A stretch of DNA of 23,809 bases. It comes from Gemmatimonadota bacterium (GTDB lineage: Bacteria > Gemmatimonadota > Gemmatimonadetes > Gemmatimonadales > GWC2-71-9). Below the pieces are notes generated by a model. The model had not been told where the DNA came from, made no database searches, and saw only the letters and a list, made by a program, of their open reading frames with translations. The stretch is from contig JAZDCZ010000231.1 of assembly GCA_036679605.1 (NCBI GenBank), positions 1 through 23,809 of the forward strand, in the 5' to 3' direction. Position numbers and translations under genes: made by a program. How positions within the stretch are numbered: the first letter of the stretch is position 1; every line of letters begins with the position of its first letter. This document shows positions 9,503 through 16,419 of this stretch, one piece after another.

Positions 9503-9531
9503 TTGACAAGCTCTTCACGTCGTGGTACGCC
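9503..9531 (+). promoter_or_regulatory. Candidate sigma70 promoter for the response regulator
   Basis: TTGACA (9503-9508), 17-nt spacer, TG-extended TACGCC (9526-9531). The -10 match is weak. Confidence 0.35.
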
Positions 9532-9588
9532 AACCGCGCAAATACGCTCCCAAGCATTTGGGTTTTCCATGCACAGGGTGAGGGGCGA

Positions 9589-10305
9589 ATGGATGCTCTT
9601 ATAATTCATAGTGGTGGGTTGGAGGATGTGGAGTGCTCGATTCGGCTCGGCTGGGATAGCATCACCGTGCGCCATTCTGATTCTCGCGCCGAAGTGCGGA
9701 GACTTATTCTGGATAGGGTGCCGGATCTCATCGTTATCGACGCGGCCTTGTCTGACGGCTGTCCTCTGGCCCTGGCGCGAGAAGTGCGCGACACAGTCGA
9801 TTCCGTCATCGTGATAGCAACATCTGAGTTCGACGAATACCAGCTCGTGACCGCCGTCGACGCCGGCGCGGACGATTACGTGTCGATCCCTATCAATCCA
9901 GCGCTGTTTGTTCCACGAATTCGCGCCGCGCTCCGGCGGAAATCCGTAGCTGAGCGAGCGCGTGAGGTGCCGATCCGGTGCGGTGGACTCGAAATCAATC
10001 CTGCGAAGCATGACGTACAGATCGCGGGGCAGTGTTTTTCGCTGCCAGACTCGGAGTTCAGAGTCCTTTTCGAACTCATGAGGTCTGTAGATTTCGTCGT
10101 GTCGAAAGATGTCCTCTCAGACGTGATCTGGGGAGACGAACAAGATATCTACGGACCGTGGCTACGAAAATATATCCAGTCCCTGCGCAGGAAGATATGT
10201 GACCAGCCAGGCAGTGACGTCCAGATCGTTACGATACCGAAGGTTGGATACAAGCTTGTCGCGTCGAACGGTTCTGAAGTCGAACAGGCAGCATTCGGCT
10301 CTTGA
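9589..10305 (+). CDS. OmpR/PhoB-family response regulator with atypical receiver
   Basis: Receiver PDLIVID...AGADDYV followed by wHTH (SEFRVLFELM...VSKDVLSDVIWG...YIQSLRRKI...IVTIPKVGYKL). RBS GAGGGG. The N-terminal acidic pair and the conserved Lys (KP replaced by IP) are missing. Confidence 0.88.
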   Translation: MDALIIHSGGLEDVECSIRLGWDSITVRHSDSRAEVRRLILDRVPDLIVIDAALSDGCPLALAREVRDTVDSVIVIATSEFDEYQLVTAVDAGADDYVSIPINPALFVPRIRAALRRKSVAERAREVPIRCGGLEINPAKHDVQIAGQCFSLPDSEFRVLFELMRSVDFVVSKDVLSDVIWGDEQDIYGPWLRKYIQSLRRKICDQPGSDVQIVTIPKVGYKLVASNGSEVEQAAFGS

Positions 10306-10330
10306 TCCAGCTTAACTTCTGATCTAAGCG

Positions 10331-10370
10331 CTCACAAAAACACCACAAGACTCTCACAAAGAATCACAGA
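10331..10370 (+). promoter_or_regulatory. Four tandem CACA(A/G) half-sites, 11/11/10-nt period; OmpR/PhoB-type operator candidate
   Basis: CACAA at 10333, 10344 and 10355, and CACAG at 10365, in an A-rich intergenic stretch. TAGGTT at 10401-10406 is a possible -10 element. Confidence 0.55.
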
Positions 10371-10414
10371 GATTTCCCGTCGCTGTGTGCGCACCTGCGA
10401 TAGGTTTCTTAGCC

Positions 10415-10894
10415 GTGGGAAGCTTGGTGCTCGTTGTTGATGAGGACGACCGCGAGAGGCGCTATATTGGTGCGCTCCTCGCAGCGGACGGCTTTGACAT
10501 CATTCAGGTGTCCGACTCCGTAGCGGGGATGGTCAAGGTAACGACGTTCGAACCTTCTCTAATCATTCTGTCGGTAGAGGGTAGCCCCGTTCCGGTCTCC
10601 CAATTGGTGCGGATCTTCCGGCGAATTTCACAGGCACCGTTGATCGTCGTTGGCGACTCCGAGCCGACAGGTGAGAGCGAGTTGATGGCTAGCGGTGCGG
10701 ACCTGGTTCTGCCGAAGACGTTCGGGGCCGCTGAGCTCATAAGCAGAAGTCGCATGCTCATCCGTCGAGGAGGTGAGGTTTCTGCGTCGGTTCCCGAAAG
10801 CAACGTCTCACCGCCTGCTGTGGCGAGATCAACCCACGCGGCCCTGGAGACCCTGTTGAGCCTCCGACCATCTCGTGGCAAGGCTGCAGCATGA
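10415..10894 (+). CDS. Stand-alone receiver-domain protein (pseudo-receiver)
   Basis: VLVVDEDDRERRYIGALLAADGFDI...EPSLIILS...GADLVLPKTF. The phosphoacceptor Asp position is Ser. Start uncertain (10385 or 10415). Confidence 0.78.
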   Translation: MGSLVLVVDEDDRERRYIGALLAADGFDIIQVSDSVAGMVKVTTFEPSLIILSVEGSPVPVSQLVRIFRRISQAPLIVVGDSEPTGESELMASGADLVLPKTFGAAELISRSRMLIRRGGEVSASVPESNVSPPAVARSTHAALETLLSLRPSRGKAAA

Positions 10895-11006
10895 CGAAGT
10901 GGGATTTTCTGATCGTGGCTCCAAGACTTGACGCCGACACTTCGCAGTGGGTGGGCTTCTCCGCTCACATCCAGACGCTTGCTGCGCATATCCGGGTGAC
11001 GAGCCT

Positions 11007-11708
11007 GTGAAACGCCTGGCGCGAGCAAGCTTCACTTCGACAAGCGTGCTGGTGCTGATGCTGATCCTCACGCTCGGGTCGATCGGCGTCGTCAACGGGT
11101 TGTGGTCCAAGAGCCTGAGCGTCGACGTGACCGTCGAGTCAGGAGACCTTAACGCCGACTGGGACGAGATCATCACGAGCGATCAATCCGGACAGGTGAA
11201 CACGGCCCAGATATCAACCGCGTTCCTGCCTAGCTGCGATGCGACGGTCGGCGGTGTGGGGAGCGATTCAGTGTTTGGGAACCAGGTAGCGTACGTGGTG
11301 ATCACGGACGCCGCGCCGGGGTACTCCTGCAACATCAAGGCATTCCTCGAGAACACCGGGTCGATTCCCTTCAACATCATCGGCATCAACGGCATCCTCG
11401 ACGCCGCGAACGATGAAGGCCTGTCCTTCGAAGACCTGAACGGGCCCGACCCTGGCGTCTGCGAGCTCCTCGACGAGTTTGGCAATAGCACGGCCGAGCC
11501 GGTCGACCCGGGTGAAGAGGGGATCGTTCACTGCAAGGTCATCGTCGACCCGAGCGCCCAGCCCGGCTGGACGTACTACTTTGCCATCGAGGTCTGTGTC
11601 GCGCAGTGGAATGAAAGCGCCGACTTTGACACCTGTAAGAATCCAACATCCGGAACCCACGAGGGCCCAGACGAGCCGGTTCTGCCAGCGCCGGGACCGA
11701 CAGCGTGA
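11007..11708 (+). CDS. Secreted SipW-dependent TasA/CalY-like fibre subunit 1 (core only)
   Basis: GTG start at 11007, hydrophobic signal, then NGLWSKSLSVDVTVESGDLNADW. Also NTGSIPF, VDPGEE and VCVAQWNE...CK...HEGP, shared with the next two genes. Confidence 0.75.
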   Translation: MKRLARASFTSTSVLVLMLILTLGSIGVVNGLWSKSLSVDVTVESGDLNADWDEIITSDQSGQVNTAQISTAFLPSCDATVGGVGSDSVFGNQVAYVVITDAAPGYSCNIKAFLENTGSIPFNIIGINGILDAANDEGLSFEDLNGPDPGVCELLDEFGNSTAEPVDPGEEGIVHCKVIVDPSAQPGWTYYFAIEVCVAQWNESADFDTCKNPTSGTHEGPDEPVLPAPGPTA

Positions 11709-11829
11709 TTTCAAGCGCCCGTGCTCGAGAAAGGAGGGGGATTACGAGTGATCTGAGTCTACCAGCAAACAACCGAGAAACATCCAGGCGGCCCCAAGGC
11801 GGGGACGCCCAAGTGAAGGAGGAACCGAA

Positions 11830-12873
11830 ATGATTCGGAATAGGGCATTCTTGTCGGCCGGCGGCCTGTTCATGCTGTTGGTCGTAATGCTTGGCGTGGT
11901 GGGGATCGTGAACGGTCTCTGGTCCAAGAACCTGGTCGTCGAAGGCGTCGTCACTACCGGCGACCTCAACGCCGACTGGGACTGCGGCTACACGAACGAT
12001 GACGGCCAGAACTTCGTGGCGCCGGCCTCGGGGCCGTGCAGCACTGTCGCTGATGAGACGGGAGACGACGGGAGGGACCCGCACGGCAGCTTCCAGTTCC
12101 CCTACTCGTCTCCGTTCATCGAAAAGGACGTCGCCGAATGCGCGGTCGAGATCGACCCAGATACGGACGATCCGGACTTCGGGGCCCAAGTGGCCAAGGT
12201 GACGATCGAGAACGCATACCCGAGCTACGAGTGCACGATAACGCTGTACCTGTCGAACACGGGCTCGATTCCGTTCAACATCGCCGGCTCGACATTGTCG
12301 GACATCGCCAACCTCCCGATCGAGCTGAAAGACGGCGTCTGCGGGTTTGACTCCGTCCAGGTTGACCCTGGCGAGGAAGAGAAGCTTGAATGCACCGTCC
12401 ACGTCCTGCAAGATGCGGAGCAGAACGACTGCACCGGCACGACCAGCGATACCCCAGGCTGGCCGGTTGTGGACCACACCTGCACGAACTCCCCCTTGGT
12501 GACATACGAATTCGACGTCGAGGTCTGCGTGGCGCAGTGGAACGAGACGGCGGACTTCGACACTTGCAAGAACAGCCTGCAGCACGAAGGCCCGGGGACA
12601 GTGATCCGCGTTCAGTCGCCAGCGCTATCGTTTAGTTCTACTGGATGGGGCGGTTGGTCTTGCCCGGCAGGCACGCACGTGGTTGGCGGTGGATACGAGC
12701 CAGGATCCGCGACGGTCGCGGTTTCGAAAGCGGCGGACCCGGGGGATGTAACGGCTCCTGCGTATCCCACGTACCCACACTACACATACACCCCTCCTGA
12801 AACAGGTTGGGTTGTGCAGAACGGCGGCACTCCCCAGATCCTTACGGTCTTCGCGCTCTGCGCGCCCAACTAG
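11830..12873 (+). CDS. Secreted SipW-dependent TasA/CalY-like subunit 2 with an appended C-terminal CPAG..VGGG..GW..C module
   Basis: Strong RBS AAGGAGG. NGLWSKNLVVEGVVTTGDLNADW, NAYPSYEC, NTGSIPF, VCVAQWNE, HEGP, then a ~92-aa extra domain. Confidence 0.8.
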   Translation: MIRNRAFLSAGGLFMLLVVMLGVVGIVNGLWSKNLVVEGVVTTGDLNADWDCGYTNDDGQNFVAPASGPCSTVADETGDDGRDPHGSFQFPYSSPFIEKDVAECAVEIDPDTDDPDFGAQVAKVTIENAYPSYECTITLYLSNTGSIPFNIAGSTLSDIANLPIELKDGVCGFDSVQVDPGEEEKLECTVHVLQDAEQNDCTGTTSDTPGWPVVDHTCTNSPLVTYEFDVEVCVAQWNETADFDTCKNSLQHEGPGTVIRVQSPALSFSSTGWGGWSCPAGTHVVGGGYEPGSATVAVSKAADPGDVTAPAYPTYPHYTYTPPETGWVVQNGGTPQILTVFALCAPN

Positions 12874-12886
12874 AGGAGCAAGCAAC

Positions 12887-14092
12887 ATGATCAAACACAA
12901 TCGCGCACTACCAATCGGCGTCCTCGTCGTGGCGCTGCTCGTGGTACTGGCGTCCATCGGCGTTGCCAGCGGCCTATGGTCGAAGAACCTGGTGGTCGAG
13001 GGCACAGTAGAGACCGGCGATCTGCAGGTGGACTGGACGTTCAACACCACGGGCACTGGCGACGACCAGTGCACCTTGTTCAACCCGCTGTTCCCGGACT
13101 GCGGCGTACCGAAGGACGTGGGCAAGTTCATCTGCACCGTGGACCAGGCCGACAACCAGATCCTCCACTTCAGGGCGCTGAACGCCTACCCCAGCTACGA
13201 GGCAGACTGTCAGTACCACTTCGCGAATACCGGGTCGATCCCGTGGATCGTGAGGGGAGCTGAGATCCTCGGCGGAGCTAATGTCACGGGGTGCGGCGGG
13301 GACATCGATCCGGACCCAAAGACCCTCGTGATTGACTGTGACCAGATCACGATCGGCTACTTCGACAACATCGGGGATCAGGTCGACCCTGGTAACGAGG
13401 TGTCCGGCAGTATAAAGATCCACATCAAGCAGGAGGCCGAGCAGAGCGACTGCACCGCGGAATCGACGGACATCATCGGAGTCGGGGTCATCGTCAGCCC
13501 GATCACGTGCGATCCGGCCACGCTGGTGACGTACGACTTCCAGATCTTCGTCTGCGTGGCGCAGTGGAACGAGGCTGCGACCTACGAGGAGTGCAAGAGC
13601 AGCCCGCAGCATGAAGGCCCCGCACCAGGCTGCGGCCTTGCTGCCGTGGTCGACATCTGCGTCGATGGCGACGGCATCGCCACCGCCGGCCCGGGCGCAT
13701 TCCAGATAGCCGTCGGCGACCCAGTCTTGCCCGCGAGCGCCGGTGGTAACCCGTCCGGGCTCGACCTTATCGACCGCGGCGGGAATGATGGCCTGTACCA
13801 GGCGGGCGATGACCTGATGGTCGAGGACCCCTTCGGTACACCCAACTGCCCAACGGCCAGCCGCAATGCGATTTACGACAACGACCCGGCGGGCGTCCTA
13901 CCTCCATTCTTCTTCCCGGCGGTCGATTGCGTCGTGCTCGATCCGGACGGGAGCCTCGCACACGGTGACGTCGTCACCTGCGACACAGGCGCCGGCTGCG
14001 GGCTCTGGTTCCGCGACGACAACGGTAATGGCCGCTATGACGTAGGCGAGGATCTGATCGTCGACGTGAACGGCAGCGGCTTCTTCGACTAA
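12887..14092 (+). CDS. Secreted SipW-dependent TasA/CalY-like subunit 3 with an Asp/Gly-rich, putative Ca-binding C-terminal module
   Basis: RBS GAGGAG, ATG 12887. SGLWSKNLVVEGTVETGDLQVDW, NAYPSYE, NTGSIPW, VCVAQWNE, HEGP. The tail contains DDNGNGRYD and DVNGSGFFD loops. Confidence 0.8.
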   Translation: MIKHNRALPIGVLVVALLVVLASIGVASGLWSKNLVVEGTVETGDLQVDWTFNTTGTGDDQCTLFNPLFPDCGVPKDVGKFICTVDQADNQILHFRALNAYPSYEADCQYHFANTGSIPWIVRGAEILGGANVTGCGGDIDPDPKTLVIDCDQITIGYFDNIGDQVDPGNEVSGSIKIHIKQEAEQSDCTAESTDIIGVGVIVSPITCDPATLVTYDFQIFVCVAQWNEAATYEECKSSPQHEGPAPGCGLAAVVDICVDGDGIATAGPGAFQIAVGDPVLPASAGGNPSGLDLIDRGGNDGLYQAGDDLMVEDPFGTPNCPTASRNAIYDNDPAGVLPPFFFPAVDCVVLDPDGSLAHGDVVTCDTGAGCGLWFRDDNGNGRYDVGEDLIVDVNGSGFFD

Positions 14093-14139
14093 CGAGGAAC
14101 CCTGACTAGCCATCGCTTCGCATAAGTGATGAGGTCGAA

Positions 14140-14167
14140 GGGGGAGGGGGCTGACGCCCCCTCCCCC
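14140..14167 (+). terminator. Perfect 12-bp GC hairpin between the subunit genes and the peptidase
   Basis: GGGGGAGGGGGC-TGAC-GCCCCCTCCCCC with no U-tract. It could be a terminator, attenuator or mRNA-stabilising stem. Confidence 0.6.
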
Positions 14168-14235
14168 GGAGACGACCGACAGAACACGGAACAGGAAACA
14201 CAAGAGGTAGACCAAGGAGCGATCTGGAAGAAGGA

Positions 14236-15651
14236 ATGGGAGAGCTCAGGGCCCAGTCGGCGGGCGTCGTCGCTGTGCTAATGCTGATCGGAGTGGCGGT
14301 CGTCGGGATCGTCCACGCACGGCACGTCGTCCGAAACCCTGCTCGCATCGTCGGCACCATGCGGACGAGCACGTTGCACGGGGGCTGGGACCGGCAAGAT
14401 GGTAATGAAATGATTGGGCAGATGACCTGGATGCGACGGACGATGGGGACGGCCCGGCGGCCGTTCACCGATCGTGTGGCGCGGCTGTGGAGCGTCGTGG
14501 TGCTGGCCTACCTGGGCTTCGGCTACTGGCTGTTCAACTACGGGCTGCCGGGCGAGCTTTCTGCGGACCTGAACGTCTACGTCGTGCGGCCGGCGGTCTG
14601 GGGCGGGCTGGGCCTGCTTTCGTTTCTGCTCTGGCGGCGCGTCAGCGACCGGCCGCTTGCGGAGAAGACGTTCCTGCTTCTCGCTTTGCTGGCAGGCGCC
14701 TTCAGCGTCTCAGCTCTCATTTGCGCTGGCATCTTGTTCGGCTTCGGACACTCACCGTACGCGCGGGAGGCGGTGCACATGGCGAAGAACGTGTGGTACC
14801 TGTCGACGTTCATCCTCGGCCTGGAGATGAGCCGCTCGTACCTGATGGCCGTGTGGGGCAAGGTGAACTGGGGCCTGGCGTTCACGTTGATCGCGCTGAT
14901 CTACGCGGCGGTCTGGCTGGCGCCCGGTCAGTTCGAGAACCTGACGGCGGGCGACCAGGGTTCACTGCACACGTTCGGGCGCACGTTCATGCCCGGCATC
15001 TCCGAGAGCATCATGGCGACGTTCCTCGTCTCGCTGGGCGGGCCGCTGCCTGCGTTCATCTACCACATGTCGCTGGAGAGCTTCCGGTGGCTCTCCCCGA
15101 TTCTGCCCAGTCTGGACTGGACGGTCGCGGCCTTCGTTGGGACGCTCACGCCGGCGGTGGCGATGCTGATCGTTAGAGATGTCTATTTCGGCAGTTCGGC
15201 ACCGGAGGCGGCCCCGGACGCCAATGTGGATGAGGAGGAATCGGCGAAGGGCCGCGGTATCTCGCCTCTGATCCTCTTCGGCGGCAGCGTGCTGGTCGCC
15301 GCAATCTGGCTGAACGCCGGCATGTTTGGTGTCACTCCTTACCTCGTCTCGGGCCCAAGCATGCAGCCGCAACTCGGGCCTGGGGACATCGTCTTCGCCA
15401 AGGATGTGAATGCGGAATCGATCGAAGTGGGCGACATCATCCGGTTCAGCACCGCGGGTCACGGCTACGTCATTCATCGCGTCGTTGACATCGACCAGGC
15501 GCCCGATGGGCTGTGGTTCACGACGAAGGGCGACAGCAATAACGTGGAAGACCCGCTTGTGCACGAGTCGCGAGTCGAAGGGAAGGTAGTGTTCGACGTG
15601 CCATATGCAGGCTGGTTACCGATCAAGCTGAAGGGCCTGGTGAACCCATGA
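14236..15651 (+). CDS. sipW: SipW/ER-type (Ser-His) signal peptidase I fused to an N-terminal multi-TM domain
   Basis: C-terminal VSGPSMQP, GDII, VIHRVV, TKGDSN..DP, preceded by about 8-9 hydrophobic segments. The start may be 14236 (AAGGA upstream, closely spaced) or a later Met near 14410. Confidence 0.88.
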   Translation: MGELRAQSAGVVAVLMLIGVAVVGIVHARHVVRNPARIVGTMRTSTLHGGWDRQDGNEMIGQMTWMRRTMGTARRPFTDRVARLWSVVVLAYLGFGYWLFNYGLPGELSADLNVYVVRPAVWGGLGLLSFLLWRRVSDRPLAEKTFLLLALLAGAFSVSALICAGILFGFGHSPYAREAVHMAKNVWYLSTFILGLEMSRSYLMAVWGKVNWGLAFTLIALIYAAVWLAPGQFENLTAGDQGSLHTFGRTFMPGISESIMATFLVSLGGPLPAFIYHMSLESFRWLSPILPSLDWTVAAFVGTLTPAVAMLIVRDVYFGSSAPEAAPDANVDEEESAKGRGISPLILFGGSVLVAAIWLNAGMFGVTPYLVSGPSMQPQLGPGDIVFAKDVNAESIEVGDIIRFSTAGHGYVIHRVVDIDQAPDGLWFTTKGDSNNVEDPLVHESRVEGKVVFDVPYAGWLPIKLKGLVNP

Positions 15652-16322
15652 TGAATCACGTCTACCGGACGATTGGAGGAGGGTTCGCGGCTCTAGCCCA
15701 CCATGGCTCGCGACCGCTGCGCCTGCTCGGCGTGGCGCTCCTCGCGCTCGTCGTCGGCAGCATTCTCCTCACTTCGGTGCAGTCTCTGTGGTCAAAGAAC
15801 CTCGTTATCCAAGGCGAGGTTCAGATTCGGGAAGTGCAGTCCCAACTGACCCCGACCGACACCGAGTGCGCTGACTTCCGAGACGACACGGCAGCAGACC
15901 AGGACGAGCTGCAATACGGCATCAAACTCGGTGACATCAAGGAAGTGAATCCGGGCGTATTCTTCCTCTTCACGCGCGCTGCCATCACTTCGACCGCGGG
16001 AACCGCTGACGAGGTGAGCATCGACCAGACGAGCACTCAACTGCCCGAAATCGAGATCAAAGACGTCTCCGTGTACGACGATCCTAGTTGTCGGGTCCAG
16101 TCACGCCCCTCGTGCAACAACGGTGCGACAGACTGCGCATTCGAGATCGGCGAAACTGGAGATTTCATCATCCGTGTCCGGTACAACAGCCAGAGCTTGA
16201 AGGGCGCCGATGTCTGTCCAGACCGGCCCCCGAGCACACACACCTTTGCAACTAGCATCGACGGTGTGCAGACCACTGAGGATAGCCTGGACGTGATGCC
16301 CAAACCGTCAGCGTCTTGCTAG
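15648..16322 (+). CDS. Secreted SipW-dependent protein 4 (shared N-terminal strand, unrelated body)
   Basis: ATGA overlap with the peptidase. Signal followed by QSLWSKNLVIQGEVQI. Lacks NTGSIP, QWNE and HEGP. Six Cys. Confidence 0.78.
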   Translation: MMNHVYRTIGGGFAALAHHGSRPLRLLGVALLALVVGSILLTSVQSLWSKNLVIQGEVQIREVQSQLTPTDTECADFRDDTAADQDELQYGIKLGDIKEVNPGVFFLFTRAAITSTAGTADEVSIDQTSTQLPEIEIKDVSVYDDPSCRVQSRPSCNNGATDCAFEIGETGDFIIRVRYNSQSLKGADVCPDRPPSTHTFATSIDGVQTTEDSLDVMPKPSASC

Positions 16323-16328
16323 TTGAGC

Positions 16329-16348
16329 CGACGAGTACGATCTCGTCG
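16329..16348. terminator. Small hairpin between convergent genes
   Basis: CGACGAG-TACGAT-CTCGTCG just after the 16322 stop, with no clear U-tract. Confidence 0.3.
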
Positions 16349-16419
16349 CGTTCGACAGCTTCCGTCGCCTCAGCTGACGTTCGGCTTACGCATCCAGGTG
16401 CCCTGAGCCCTCACTGGAT

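Noticed and set aside
11539..12585. 348-aa minus-strand ORF, and similar antisense ORFs at 12974-13612 and 14962-15564
   Set aside because: Shadows of high-GC3 plus-strand genes that have clear motifs and, mostly, clear RBSs. No recognisable domains.
11590..13621. Repeated nucleotide blocks as a possible DGR template/variable repeat or CRISPR array
   Set aside because: They are in-frame paralogous coding segments about 1 kb apart with mostly synonymous, non-adenine-specific differences. No reverse transcriptase or cas gene is in the window.
11007..16322. Type IV pilin, archaellin or sortase-pilus cluster
   Set aside because: The conserved motif follows the hydrophobic segment rather than preceding it (no G|FxxxE). 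The peptidase is S26 Ser-His type, and there is no sortase or LPxTG-TM tail.
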